Counted from the first letter of the stretch, positions 28,850 through 39,735 are shown. The stretch is DNA of 64,000 bases from Spirochaetota bacterium (GCA_963664815.2 CAXXHB010000003.1:1344001-1408000), one strand, 5' to 3'. A program made the numbers and translations. The notes: a model not told the origin generated them from the letters alone.

Positions 28850-29947
28850 ATGAATGACAAGTGGATGAAATTACTACTACGTTGGAAAAATATTCCAAAA
28901 GTGGAATTAAGTCGCACATCTTTTGAGATTGCGGGGTATCCTCATTTAGAAAATGTTAGTAGTAATATTTTAGCATTCTATTTTTGTGATGAAAACGAAC
29001 ATAATCTTGGAGACCTTTTTTTAAAATCAATACTCGAAATTATTTCAAGTTCAAACCATGATTCTTTTTCATTTGAGAACATTACTGTCCAAAAAGAAAT
29101 TACTACTGACGAAGGGAAAAGAATTGATTTGATAATAGAAACACCTGAATACTTAATTGGTATTGAAAATAAACTTTTTAGCTGGCTTCATAACGACCTA
29201 ACAAACTACCGAAAGCATCTAGAAAACTCAAAAAAATATGATAAGCAAAAAATATTTGCTGTAGTTTTATCGTTAAATCGACTTGATGACGATTTTTCAA
29301 GAAATAAAATCAATTCTAATGAATTTATTAATATTACTTATGACGATTTATTTTCTCGAGTAAGAAAAAATATTGGTGATTACATAAATAATTCAAATGA
29401 AAGATATTCACGAATACTACTTGAGTACATTGAAACAATAGAAAATTTAAAAGGAAGAAATATGGAAAATAAAGAAATGGAATTATTCTTTCAAGAACAT
29501 AAAGAGGATTTGAATGAACTAACACATAAATACAACGAATATTTACAACGTATCAGCAATAAAATATATGACTTGAAAAACATTATGTCAGAATTGGAAT
29601 TTTTTCGAACATTCAATAGAGAATGGATTTATGATAAATGTTGCTTGGTTTATGATTATTTAATAGATAATAATAGTGTTTCTATAGATACATACATTGG
29701 TACCGATGGCTGGTCTGTGGAACTCTTTGGAAGAAATACAAAATCTTCCTCTTATATTAATACAGAATTGATTTCAAATCATGAGCTATTAAGTATTGTA
29801 AATAATAATATAAAGAAAAGTGGCCGTAATGGAATAATAATATATGAAAATAGAGACATAAATGCTATTGAATCAACGAGTAAGAAACTATTAGAATTGA
29901 TAATTTTTCTTGAAAAAATAAAATCAGATAAAGGAAGTAATGCCTAA
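28850..29947 (+). CDS. PD-(D/E)XK nuclease family protein (PDDEXK_4-like)
   Basis: 'ENVSSNILAF', 'KRIDLII...IGIENK'. Confidence 0.85.
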   Translation: MNDKWMKLLLRWKNIPKVELSRTSFEIAGYPHLENVSSNILAFYFCDENEHNLGDLFLKSILEIISSSNHDSFSFENITVQKEITTDEGKRIDLIIETPEYLIGIENKLFSWLHNDLTNYRKHLENSKKYDKQKIFAVVLSLNRLDDDFSRNKINSNEFINITYDDLFSRVRKNIGDYINNSNERYSRILLEYIETIENLKGRNMENKEMELFFQEHKEDLNELTHKYNEYLQRISNKIYDLKNIMSELEFFRTFNREWIYDKCCLVYDYLIDNNSVSIDTYIGTDGWSVELFGRNTKSSSYINTELISNHELLSIVNNNIKKSGRNGIIIYENRDINAIESTSKKLLELIIFLEKIKSDKGSNA

Positions 29948-29986
29948 GCTGTATTAAGAGAGAATTATATATACACCCGAATAAGA

Positions 29987-30172
29987 TCGCACAACGTATA
30001 GAAGTCTTAACGTAGCTGCCTCAAAAAAACTGCTGGTCTTTATCAGCGGTATAAAAATATTAAGCAAATAATTTTAATTTCAGAGAGCAGCTATGTTAAG
30101 ACTTTTGTTGGACGAAACAACTGATATCTCAATCGGAGAAGATTGATTAAGATACTCTTCTTAACGTTATGT
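29987..30172 (+). repeat. Composite attC-A + linker + attC-B right half
   Basis: TCGCACAAC...GTTGGAC(30107)...TATCTCAATC...TTAAC-GTTATGT(30166). Confidence 0.8.
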
Positions 30173-30200
30173 GAAAGTTTTGAAATAAAATACAAAAAAA

Positions 30201-31358
30201 ATGAGTCAAAAAATTATGAATGAAATAAATATATTATTAGAAAAAATAAAACTCATTATCAAGTATAACGCAAATTTTTTTGAAAATGAGAATACTAATT
30301 TTAACATATTTCATGTTTGCGGTGTGAATCATTATGAAAATACTCATTCATCAATAATTGCTGAGTTTTTTAAAACTGATGGAACACATGGTTTTAAAGA
30401 AAAGTTTTTAAAGGCGTTTTTAGACGTTCTTTTATCTGAGAAAATAATAGATAATAATTTTAATTTTTCATTTTCTAATGTAAAAGTTAAAACTGAATTT
30501 ATTATTAATAATGGACGTATTGATATTATAATTACTAACACTGAAAAACAGGCTATAATAATTGAAAATAAAATTTATGCAGAAGATCAATTCAAACAGT
30601 TAAAACGTTATTCAGATTATGGTAAACAAGAATTCAAACAAAATTTTATTCTACTGTATCTTACATTGTTTGGTGATGAAGCATCTGAACAAAGCAGACA
30701 GAATGTAGAATATAAACAAATATCTTACAATCATATTGTAATCGAATGGTTGGAAAGATGTGTTGAAATATCAGCTCGTAATGCAGTAGTTAGAGAAACA
30801 TTAATTCAATATATCAATTATATAAAAAAACTAACAGGTCAAGATATGAAAACTCGAAGCAATAATGAATTGATTGAATTTTTAAGTAAAAAAGAAAATA
30901 TACAAGCCGCATTATTAATTGGGCAGAACATTAATGCTGTTATAAATAATATTGTTAATAATATATTCATCCCACAACTTACAAATCTTTGTAATGAATT
31001 AAATCTAATTAATATGTCATCAGAATGTGATTGGTTTAATGAATCATGGGCTGGATTTCAAATTAAAAATCCTAATTGGAAGTATTTTAAAATAGCATTA
31101 GAATTTGAAGCAAAAGGATTAAGAAATTGTATTATCGGATTTAATCATATTGATATTAAAGAAAGAAATGACATAACATTTAATGAACTTAAAAATCTTA
31201 TGAAAAGAAATAATACTAATTGGGCGTGGAATGATTTTCCTGTCTATCAGAGTTGGAATAATGATGCAATTATTGCAATTTTAAATGGAGAAATGGCTGA
31301 AATTTTTAAAACAGAAATAAAAAAATTACTTGATATTACGAATAATTTGACAATGTAA
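30201..31358 (+). CDS. PD-(D/E)XK nuclease family protein (PDDEXK_4-like)
   Basis: 'ENTHSSIIAEF', 'GRIDIII...IIIENKIYAEDQFKQLKRY'. Confidence 0.88.
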   Translation: MSQKIMNEINILLEKIKLIIKYNANFFENENTNFNIFHVCGVNHYENTHSSIIAEFFKTDGTHGFKEKFLKAFLDVLLSEKIIDNNFNFSFSNVKVKTEFIINNGRIDIIITNTEKQAIIIENKIYAEDQFKQLKRYSDYGKQEFKQNFILLYLTLFGDEASEQSRQNVEYKQISYNHIVIEWLERCVEISARNAVVRETLIQYINYIKKLTGQDMKTRSNNELIEFLSKKENIQAALLIGQNINAVINNIVNNIFIPQLTNLCNELNLINMSSECDWFNESWAGFQIKNPNWKYFKIALEFEAKGLRNCIIGFNHIDIKERNDITFNELKNLMKRNNTNWAWNDFPVYQSWNNDAIIAILNGEMAEIFKTEIKKLLDITNNLTM

Positions 31359-31380
31359 AAAATAAATTTAAAAAAAACCA

Positions 31381-31566
31381 GCATTTAACTTATAGAAGTC
31401 TTAACGTAGTTGCCTCAAAAAAACCGCTAATCTTTATTAGCGGTATAAAAACATTAAACAGATAATTTCAATCTTCAGACAGCAGCTATGTTAAGACTCT
31501 GTTGGACGAAACCACTGATATCTCAATCGGAGAAGATTGATTAAGATACTCTTCTTAACGTTATAC
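31381..31566 (+). repeat. Composite attC-A + linker + attC-B right half
   Basis: Same 186-bp layout as 29987-30172. Confidence 0.8.
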
Positions 31567-31686
31567 AAAACCGCTGGATGGGTGTCCTGCCCGCTTTTTG
31601 AAAAGAAAAAATGTTTGCATTATTATAAATTTTAATACAATTATTTAAAGCCAGCGAGAAGACAAATTATATGTTGAAGGTTTATC

Positions 31687-32040
31687 ATGAAAAAGTGGTA
31701 TGATGAGGAGTATCAATGGGAGATTGAGGTAATAGGGTTTCTACGGGGTGACCACACAGAGCGTTATTGCCGAAATGGCGAAGAAGTTGGAGATAAATAT
31801 ACCTGCACCTATGGCTGTCCTGTAAATACAGAAGGTCAAGGTATTTGTTCCAAAGCAATGATGATTATGTTTCCAGTTATGGAGGCTGTCAGAAGTGGTG
31901 GAGATTTACAGAATATTGGTGGTACCAGCCAATATAGCAAAGATATTGTATGTCCAGATGGTTGCGTTATGTTCAGACTGACAGCAAAGAAGCTTGGGAA
32001 TGAGAATTTTTATAAAGGGAAATTTTTTGATTCGCTTTAA
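31687..32040 (+). CDS. Cys-rich small protein (TIGR04076-like)
   Basis: 'CRNGEEVGDKY', 'ICSKAM', 'VCPDG.VMF'. Confidence 0.65.
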   Translation: MKKWYDEEYQWEIEVIGFLRGDHTERYCRNGEEVGDKYTCTYGCPVNTEGQGICSKAMMIMFPVMEAVRSGGDLQNIGGTSQYSKDIVCPDGCVMFRLTAKKLGNENFYKGKFFDSL

Positions 32041-32076
32041 ATTTAATTGCTGATCTTCACCGGGTATAGTGGACAT

Positions 32077-32493
32077 ATGCTAACACCGATTAGAATTTGC
32101 CGCTTTTCACCGATATAACTTTGCCGGTTTTGTGTCAGGAATCAGTCGAAGCTGACAACTCCCTATGTGCAGTAACTCTGGAGTATATGGGAGTAACCAG
32201 AAAGCAGGTTCGTCTGATTATGAAAAAAGCCGGTTTACGGGCGATTTATCCCGGAAAACGATTGTCAGTGCCATCTAAATATAATAAGAAATATCCGTAT
32301 CTTCTCAAAGATAAAGAGATATGGTTTCCGGATCGTATATTGCAAAAGGACTTAGTTCATACTGGTATCTACGCTATCTGTTTGAAAAATTACCCGCATG
32401 TAAATGTGATGATGTAATCAGGCTTATTATGCCGAACAGAATTAATTCTGATGTTATCGATAAATTCAGAGGTGGGGTTGCTTTAATGCTTAC
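32077..32493 (+). mobile_element. Patchwork of IS21-like end, IS3 orfB fragment and IS66 C-terminus with right end
   Basis: TGCTAACACCGATTAGAATTTGCCG..; 'RKQVRLIMKKAGLRAIYP...KYPYLL'; 'YWYLRYLFEKLP'; terminal GCTTAC at 32488-32493. Confidence 0.65.
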
Positions 32494-32518
32494 GATTCAA
32501 TAGAAGGAGTTTGGAATA

Positions 32519-33469
32519 ATGAGTTATATAAAAACAATAATGATTCTAACTACAATTTTATTTACTTTGCTCGGATGTAAAGAAATTGATATAAGTAAAA
32601 AAAAGTACATCAGCCTCTTTTTAAAACCTAAAATTCGGATTTTAAATATTTCTTATGTGAAGATTTATTCACTTACTGATGATAAAATAATTGCATCAAA
32701 AATAATTAACAATGATATTATTAAAATGTCATGGCATCCATCAAAACCAAGGCTATTATTATGTTGTAGTAATAAGCCTAAAAATTTAAAACGATTATTT
32801 TTTATTTTTGATTTAAAATTAAATACTATTTCTGAATTGCAATTAGAAAATGCTTATGATGCAATATATGGAGATGATGGGAATATAGTTTATTTAAAAA
32901 AGAATGAATTTGATAAATTATATAGTGGAAATTATGAAATAATCAAATATAATATTACTAATAATACTTTTGATCATCTTTTTTCGGAAAATAGTACATA
33001 TCCAGAAATAATCACATGCTACAATAACAATGTGTATTTAAAATATAAAAAGTTATCGGATGTTTCAATTAAGATTTTATCTATTGAAGGTCATCGTCAA
33101 TTATTAAAAACTGTTTTTCACAAAAGGATTACCCCGAATCTTGGAGATTTATACTTAAATCGTTATGGTAATAAATATATTATTTTAGGTGAAAATAATT
33201 CTAATGGTGTTCATGTATATGATATTGTTAATCCAGGATTATCAAAAAAGCTACATTTTCCGTTTATGTTGGAAGATGAGGATTATAAAATTTCATGGTC
33301 ATATGATGATACAAAAATATGTTTATTATCTTTTGACATAATGAATTTGCCACAGGCAGCATATCCTAAACTCTATTTATATGATATTATTAATGAAAAA
33401 AAAGACCGAGAAATTAGTCCAGTTCTTAATAATATTTTATTAGCTGAATGGAGTCCAATATACCAATAG
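32519..33469 (+). CDS. Putative lipoprotein, beta-propeller-like
   Basis: Lipobox LLGC; repeated SWHP/SWSYD/EWSP blades. Confidence 0.6.
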   Translation: MSYIKTIMILTTILFTLLGCKEIDISKKKYISLFLKPKIRILNISYVKIYSLTDDKIIASKIINNDIIKMSWHPSKPRLLLCCSNKPKNLKRLFFIFDLKLNTISELQLENAYDAIYGDDGNIVYLKKNEFDKLYSGNYEIIKYNITNNTFDHLFSENSTYPEIITCYNNNVYLKYKKLSDVSIKILSIEGHRQLLKTVFHKRITPNLGDLYLNRYGNKYIILGENNSNGVHVYDIVNPGLSKKLHFPFMLEDEDYKISWSYDDTKICLLSFDIMNLPQAAYPKLYLYDIINEKKDREISPVLNNILLAEWSPIYQ

Positions 33470-33662
33470 CTATATCTGTAATTTATAAACGTTACGGAGC
33501 ATTCTCGGTACTCAGCAACCCCGCTCATTTGGGGATTGATTTTCGCGCATTGCTTCGTAACATTTTGAGTGCAAGCTCGGAAGACGCATACGAAATATCG
33601 CATAGCGGTGTTCGTTGTACTCAAAAAGAACAAAAATGCTTTAACAAATATTGGAGGTTCTT

Positions 33663-33965
33663 ATGATACGAGTATTAGTTCTTTATCCTAGAAAAGATAA
33701 TAGCAAATTTGATTTTAATTATTATAAAAATAATCATATGACATTGGTTAAAAAGAAATTAGAACCTATAAAAATAGAAATTGATCAAGGTTTAGATAGT
33801 AATAATAAACCATCTCCGTTTTATGTAGTGAGCCATATGTTATTTAATTCAAGAGAAGAACTTGCATTAAAATATGCCAAATTTGGAAAAGAATTAAATC
33901 TTGATAAAGAAAAATTTACAAACATAGAAATAATTACGCAAGTCAGCGAAATAATTGAAATATAA
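33663..33965 (+). CDS. EthD family protein
   Basis: 'VLYP....FDFNYY..NH..LV', 'D...FTNI....QVSE'. Confidence 0.8.
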   Translation: MIRVLVLYPRKDNSKFDFNYYKNNHMTLVKKKLEPIKIEIDQGLDSNNKPSPFYVVSHMLFNSREELALKYAKFGKELNLDKEKFTNIEIITQVSEIIEI

Positions 33966-34101
33966 TAAATATTGTTGTGCTTTCAGCGCACAACACGATA
34001 TATGACTACACATAGTGGGGGTGCCAATGGACAGGTATAAATACTATTCGTATAAGCAGTGAGTAATGATGCCTGTAAATTTCAACACACATAAAAAAGC
34101 C

Positions 34102-34164
34102 GGCCAACCAGAATAGTATCTCAATCGGAGAAGATTGATTAAGATACTATTCTTAACGTTATCT
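34102..34164 (+). repeat. attC family B, copy 2
   Basis: Compensatory pair GAATAGTATC/GATACTATTC versus GAAGAGTATC/GATACTCTTC in copy 1. Confidence 0.82.
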
Positions 34165-34266
34165 GCAATTCCCCCCGACTTGTGCTTGATAACTTTTTGT
34201 TTTTATTCATTATTAAAATATAAGAAAACTTCTTGACTACTAACCATATAATGATTACTTTGATTT

Positions 34267-34530
34267 ATGTACAATATAATCATTAAAAAAAGCATAATGA
34301 AAAATGTCCTGAAGATGCCGAAAGATATTCAATTTCATTTTGAATCTCTTGTTAATGATTTAAGAGAAAAAGGACCAGTTAGAAAAGAATGGCCGAACTT
34401 TAGCAGGTTAGGGAAAAATGAATACCATTGCCACTTATCACATAAATGGGTCGCATGTTGGTATTATGAAAATGATTCAGTAGTTATAGAGGTATATTAT
34501 GCAGGCAGTCGTGAAAACGCCCCGTATTGA
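34267..34530 (+). CDS. RelE/HigB-like toxin
   Basis: 87 aa basic protein upstream of and overlapping an HTH gene. Confidence 0.65.
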   Translation: MYNIIIKKSIMKNVLKMPKDIQFHFESLVNDLREKGPVRKEWPNFSRLGKNEYHCHLSHKWVACWYYENDSVVIEVYYAGSRENAPY

Positions 34531-34867
34531 AATAAACATTAAAGGTGATATTCCGCAGAAGATCATCACTTTATTGAAAGAAGAGTACGGAAAGAAAGTT
34601 CATTTAACAAAAGATGAAGACGATGAATATGTGGATATCTTCGAAACTGATTGGTATAAAAAAATCAGTGCAGAAAAAACTCCGGGCGACAATATGAAGA
34701 TTTACAGAAAGATTCATAAGTTAACTCAGAAAAAACTTGGTGAAATGCTTGGAGAAATTCCGGCGCAACACATTTCAAACATGGAAAACGGATCAAGACC
34801 AATTAGTAAAATTACAGCTAAGAAATTAGCAAAAATATTTGATGTATCAGTAGAACGGTTTATATAA
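34499..34867 (+). CDS. XRE-HTH antitoxin (HigA-like)
   Basis: 'LTQKKLGEMLG...HISNMENGSRPIS'. Confidence 0.8.
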   Translation: MQAVVKTPRIEINIKGDIPQKIITLLKEEYGKKVHLTKDEDDEYVDIFETDWYKKISAEKTPGDNMKIYRKIHKLTQKKLGEMLGEIPAQHISNMENGSRPISKITAKKLAKIFDVSVERFI

Positions 34868-34891
34868 TCAAACCGAACGGCGGGGGGAACA

Positions 34892-35019
34892 GCAGATAAC
34901 TTATAGAAGTCTTAACGTAGCTGCCCCAAAAAAACCGCTGGTCTTTATCAGCGATATAAAAATATTAAGCAGATAATTTTAATCTTCAGGCAGCAGCTAT
35001 GTTAAGACTTTTGTTGGAC
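34892..35019 (+). repeat. attC family A
   Basis: GCAGATAAC...GTTGGAC; GGGGGGAACAGCAGATAAC complements cassette start GTTATCTGCAATTCCCCCC (34158). Confidence 0.82.
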
Positions 35020-35064
35020 AAAACCACTGACATCGGGCATTTATTATAAAACATGGAGTGAAAA

Positions 35065-35709
35065 ATGGATTGTTGCAAAAAAGTAATTCAATATTCATTG
35101 TTAAGCGGTTTTATTTCAGCTGTAATCTATCCATTGACTGATATTATAGCCGGGAATATGTATAGAGGATATAGCTTTAATGAGCAAGCTGTAAGTGAAT
35201 TATTCGCGATTAATTCACCCGTTGCTCCATTAGTCGTTTTTCTTTTCTCAATATCGAGTGTTTTTTTAATTCTCTTTTCTGCAAGTGTCTTCATGTTTTC
35301 AAAGAATAAAAAAATTATGCGTTTTTTAGCCCTGATGTTATCAGGAAATGCAATCAATAGTCTGATTTTATGGAATTTCTTTCCAATGCATATGCGCAAT
35401 GTTCAGCCTGCATTTACTGATAAAATGCATGCAATTCTGGCAATAAATCCCTTTGTACTCATCAGTATCATCATCGGAGTTTTTATGTATAAAAACTGGT
35501 TCCGTTATTATTCTCTTTTAACCATATTGATATTATTCATTCCGGCATTTTTATCTTTTTCATATATCCCACTGTTATTATCACATCAGCCAACACCATG
35601 GATGGGGTTCACTGAACGTGTATCTCAGTATGGTCATTTGTCATGGCTCGCGGTGTTATCAATTATGTTATTCAATAAAAACAGAGCATTTCAGAAGGGT
35701 AGCCTTTAA
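35065..35709 (+). CDS. DUF998-like membrane protein, copy 1
   Basis: 'GYSFNEQAVSEL', 'FFPMH', 'GFTERV'; multi-TM. Confidence 0.75.
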   Translation: MDCCKKVIQYSLLSGFISAVIYPLTDIIAGNMYRGYSFNEQAVSELFAINSPVAPLVVFLFSISSVFLILFSASVFMFSKNKKIMRFLALMLSGNAINSLILWNFFPMHMRNVQPAFTDKMHAILAINPFVLISIIIGVFMYKNWFRYYSLLTILILFIPAFLSFSYIPLLLSHQPTPWMGFTERVSQYGHLSWLAVLSIMLFNKNRAFQKGSL

Positions 35710-36108
35710 AAATTCTGATACTGTTCTTTTTCAGGCTCTATAGAGATGGGGCAGATTCAGACACCCGATGAAAAATTCTTTATGGCTTAAAAACCGATGC
35801 TTTCAAACACATATGAAAAAGAGACTTAAACTTTCTGTTCTAATGATGAAATTCTTATATCTGCAGGACAAATTAAAATTGTACGGCACAGAATGATAAT
35901 TTTTGACAGGAACCCATTTTTAAAAGAAGATACTGATTATTTCTGCTATAAAAAACTGGAATTAAAACAGCTAACAGCCGCTGGTTGTATAGAGAGCTTA
36001 AGACGGCTTGAGCCGTATTAAAGGCGACCGGAGGAAGTGCCTGTGGTAAAACTTTCACGCACGGTTCTTATGGGGGAAAGGGGGTGTAAACTCCATGACC
36101 TGCCAGAC
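35691..36108 (+). mobile_element. Group II intron 3' fragment, copy 3
   Basis: Collinear with copies 1 and 2; D5 with insertion; ends CCTGCCAGAC. Confidence 0.85.
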
Positions 36109-36256
36109 TGTCGCTTCGAGGCTATAACTTTGGGACTGCTGTCCATGGCGGCGTTAATTGGGTAGAGTATATCATGAAATTTGACTATTAATGAAATGCT
36201 TACTATCATATAAACGAGGTGTAATTTTTTAAGTATTATGAATAAAACCATTCGGG

Positions 36257-37297
36257 ATGAAGGAGCAAGATGGGGAAATGATAAAAAAATCAATCATAGC
36301 GACGCTCATCGCAGGTTTGCTTTTCATTATTCTGACAGAGGATAATTTTGGCCATATGAATACGGTAAAACGTGCTTTTCTGATTTTTACAGCATTTATT
36401 GTACTTTGTACCTGCATTTACTGCTTTGTCCTTGCATTCTTTTCCTTCATCAGCGGGTGGAGAGTTCTGAGTCTCAAGTTTCCTTTACCGGAAACAGTCC
36501 AATCCGACTCTCTCCTTTTTTATACCCAAAGCGTTGGGATGGGTTATATGTACTACTCCATGAGTGTGGATATCAGGTTCATCGACGCAGGCCTGATTTT
36601 TTCCCAGTCCCGCTTTTTTACTTTTATGCACAGGCCATTCATTGTGCCATATGAAAAAGTCGAACATCCCGGGAAAATTAATTCATCCGATTCGGATCTT
36701 GAATTCACAGTTGAAGGGATCAAAATGAGGATGTCAGGTGAATCAGCGGAAGCCCTTATTAAGAAAAAAATGAATCCATCTCTCCCAATCGTTTCACTCA
36801 GGAGTGGTAAGGATGATCCCGACAGATCTATGAAAAAGGGGGGAGAGAAGTTCATCACGAGAAAATGCCGGTTCGAAGAACTTCAGCCCGGTTTCATTTC
36901 ACAGGTACGTGATTTTATTAAACATAAAAAAATAGACGGCCTTCAAGATGCGATGGTGCATTGCTGCGAAACAGCATACATGAAAAAGGGATTTTTCCTC
37001 GGGACAGTCTATCACCAGTACACGGACCTGCTATTAACCGGTGAGTGGTTTTTCTGGGGAGTCTGCGACGGCGATGGCTGCTCATCCGGGTGCGCAAAAA
37101 TAAAGGATATTACCGAAATCCATGATCCAGAGGAAATCCTCACCTTGAACCCGCTGGAAATCAGAGGTATCAATATAACCGGCTTCCACTACGACGAATC
37201 AGATCTCACCTCATGGCGCTTAAATGTGGGAAATGATGAGGAGAGCACATCATTCAGGAGGAAATTCGCGGAATTGGTCAGTAAATATCGCAAATAG
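36257..37297 (+). CDS. Hypothetical membrane protein
   Basis: Two N-terminal TM segments, 346 aa ORF. Confidence 0.65.
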   Translation: MKEQDGEMIKKSIIATLIAGLLFIILTEDNFGHMNTVKRAFLIFTAFIVLCTCIYCFVLAFFSFISGWRVLSLKFPLPETVQSDSLLFYTQSVGMGYMYYSMSVDIRFIDAGLIFSQSRFFTFMHRPFIVPYEKVEHPGKINSSDSDLEFTVEGIKMRMSGESAEALIKKKMNPSLPIVSLRSGKDDPDRSMKKGGEKFITRKCRFEELQPGFISQVRDFIKHKKIDGLQDAMVHCCETAYMKKGFFLGTVYHQYTDLLLTGEWFFWGVCDGDGCSSGCAKIKDITEIHDPEEILTLNPLEIRGINITGFHYDESDLTSWRLNVGNDEESTSFRRKFAELVSKYRK

Positions 37298-37340
37298 TTA
37301 AGTTCACTTGATCAGGCCTATTTGTGCTAAACGAACGGAG

Positions 37341-37522
37341 GCCTTCGAGGTAAGAAGACGATACAGAAAATAGCCCAAATGTATGGAGTACACCCGAATC
37401 AGGTAACGCTTTGGAAAAAGCAGCTGATAGATAATGCAACATCAGCCTTTGATAAAGATGTCAAAGACAAAGACCTGGAAGAATCAGAAAAGAAGCAGGA
37501 TGAGCTATACAGCCAGGTAGGA
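37341..37522 (+). pseudogene. IS3-family orfA fragment
   Basis: LRGKKTIQKIAQMYGVHPNQVTLWKKQL...ELYSQVG. Confidence 0.75.
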
Positions 37523-37529
37523 GCTTCCC

Positions 37530-37592
37530 GTTTAACCTGAATAGTATCTCAATCGGAGAAGATTGATTAAGGCACTACCCTTAACTTTATAT
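37530..37592 (+). repeat. attC family B, copy 3 (core G mutated to T)
   Basis: GTTTAAC..GAATAGTATCTCAATC..TTAAC-TTTATAT. Confidence 0.65.
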
Positions 37593-37668
37593 GCAATGCC
37601 CGTCATTCATGAAAAATGCTTGACTTTTCATGAAACTTGATTATGTTACCCATAATGGAGGTGATATT

Positions 37669-37947
37669 ATGGCAATCCTGCAGGTTCGCGATATTGATGA
37701 TAGATTGTATGCTTCACTAAAAGCAATTGCAAAAAGTCAAAACAGATCTATCAGCCAGGAAGTAATTTCTATTATAGAAAAGTATCTTTCAAATCCGTCG
37801 GTTTATAAAAGTAATCCAACAAGAGAATTCATAGCTCTTTCCGGTGCATGGGATGACGATCGAGGTGCAGATGAAATAATTGATTCGATAAAAAAATCTC
37901 GTAAAAACTCTGAAAGATTTAAAAAAGAAAATGTCCTATTTGATTGA
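37669..37947 (+). CDS. vapB: FitA/VapB-like RHH antitoxin
   Basis: 'MAILQVRDIDDRLYASLKAIA...RSISQEV'. Confidence 0.8.
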   Translation: MAILQVRDIDDRLYASLKAIAKSQNRSISQEVISIIEKYLSNPSVYKSNPTREFIALSGAWDDDRGADEIIDSIKKSRKNSERFKKENVLFD

Positions 37948-38332
37948 TACAAATATAATAATTTATAGCATCAAAGGTGATTCTGTTGTTCATGAACATT
38001 TATTGAAAAATGAAAACATACCAAAATCAATATCCGTAGTCACATATGGAGAGTTGCTGTTTGGTGCTAAAAAATCTCAAAATTATGAAAAGAATTTAGC
38101 TATAGTTTATCGGATAAAAGAATTATTTCCTGTCATTGATATAGATAAAGCCATTATTGAAACCTTCAGTGAATTAAAAGCAAATCTGCAAAAATCAGGT
38201 TACCCAATAGATGATTTTGATTTGTTGATAGCGTCAACAGCTCTGACCATGAATTCAATTTTAGTCACAAATAATGAAAAACATTTTAATAGAATAAAAG
38301 GATTAAAAATAGAAAACTGGTCAAAGAAATAA
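37931..38332 (+). CDS. vapC: PIN-domain toxin
   Basis: 'YLIDTNII', 'FDLLIASTAL', 'LVTNNEKHF'. Confidence 0.92.
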   Translation: MSYLIDTNIIIYSIKGDSVVHEHLLKNENIPKSISVVTYGELLFGAKKSQNYEKNLAIVYRIKELFPVIDIDKAIIETFSELKANLQKSGYPIDDFDLLIASTALTMNSILVTNNEKHFNRIKGLKIENWSKK

Positions 38333-38344
38333 ATAACGGGCACT

Positions 38345-38446
38345 GCATATAATGCTTACAACGCTGCGCTCGCGAAAAAATTCGTCTGGCCCTGCGGCAC
38401 ATTAAGGCAAAAGGCCGCCGCAAAGTCGGTAAGCAATGCGTTTAAC
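38345..38446 (+). repeat. attC-like site of a third type
   Basis: GCATATAAT-GCTTAC...GTAAGC..GTTTAAC; ACGGGCACTGCATATAA complements cassette start TTATATGCAATGCCCGT. Confidence 0.6.
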
Positions 38447-38729
38447 AAAACCGCCTGCCTGATGAATGCCGGAGACATGGGCAACATGCTTTAATTTATT
38501 AGTTCTCAAATATTTCGAATTAAATCATTGGAGTGTAATATGATAAATATTGCTTACCTCAGTTAAATACTTGCTATTTCTGTTACTGGTATTAGTTTTT
38601 TAGCCATATGAGTTTTTGAAATACTATTCACAATGGGGTTAAAAATTAATACTCTTTTTTGCCCCATTGATTTTTTCTTTAAAAAATTTGCCTAACTAAA
38701 GTAATTATAAAAATCAAGGAGCAAGTATC

Positions 38730-39500
38730 ATGAAAAAATTTTCAACAATATCATTCATATCTTTTTTTATTATACTTCTATTTACAATTTCCGGTTACAG
38801 CAGAGAAAAACAAATTAAATCCATAAGCCTTTATAAAGGTGGAGTAAAAGTAATTTTAACTGAAAATGATCAAGGAACAAATAAAGGGGAACTTTTTTAT
38901 CATTTATTCTACACAGTTGATTGGGTTAAAGTTAATAGTGAGTTAATTGCATTTACTGTGACTTATTCAAATTGTAATGAAACAAAAACTAAAGAAATAA
39001 ACTGTAAGAAAGATGAATGTTTTGATAAAGACTTTTTTTATGCCACTTGTAAACAGCAACCAAATTTTAGTGCTATTGAAATGATGAATTCAAGTTCAGA
39101 CGCGGGAACCATTCATGGAGGTAAAGCTGGGGATTGGTCCAAAGCAAAAAAGAAAACATGTATTGAGATAGATGAAACCGTTCGAGAAGAAATATTAAAT
39201 TGTATTGGAAAAGATGAATATGGTAATGTTCCAGTAGATAATTTTCCAAATAGAAAAATATTCAATTGCGGTAATTATGTTATAATAAATATTTATAAGA
39301 GGGATCGTGCTGGATCCGCAGATAATCCTAGACAGGAAGTTTTAGAATTTAGAAAAAAAATAAATAAAACATGTGAAGATGAGGCAAGAGAAATACTGAT
39401 AAACTCATATAATTTATCGAAAGATCAGTGTGGTACAACTATTAGAGCAACTTATTCAGAGGATGGTGACGTTTGGATATTGTATGCTATGCCAAAATAA
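38730..39500 (+). CDS. Secreted Cys-rich hypothetical protein
   Basis: AAGGAG RBS, signal peptide. Confidence 0.7.
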   Translation: MKKFSTISFISFFIILLFTISGYSREKQIKSISLYKGGVKVILTENDQGTNKGELFYHLFYTVDWVKVNSELIAFTVTYSNCNETKTKEINCKKDECFDKDFFYATCKQQPNFSAIEMMNSSSDAGTIHGGKAGDWSKAKKKTCIEIDETVREEILNCIGKDEYGNVPVDNFPNRKIFNCGNYVIINIYKRDRAGSADNPRQEVLEFRKKINKTCEDEAREILINSYNLSKDQCGTTIRATYSEDGDVWILYAMPK

Positions 39501-39735
39501 TAATTATTAGGGTATACGGTGAGCACAAAATTTAATTTAGACAGGACATTATTGAGGAATTACTGTTAAGGAAGATGCTTTAAGTACCTTCTGATAATTA
39601 AACTTTCTATAGTATATTGTCGTTTTCAATATAGATAAAAAGAGAAGAAGAATTTGATTGTTAGTATAACAAATATGTCGTGAACTTTTCGGCGTCTTTG
39701 CCTCAAAGTTTAAAACATTTAGTAATGTGGCTGCA

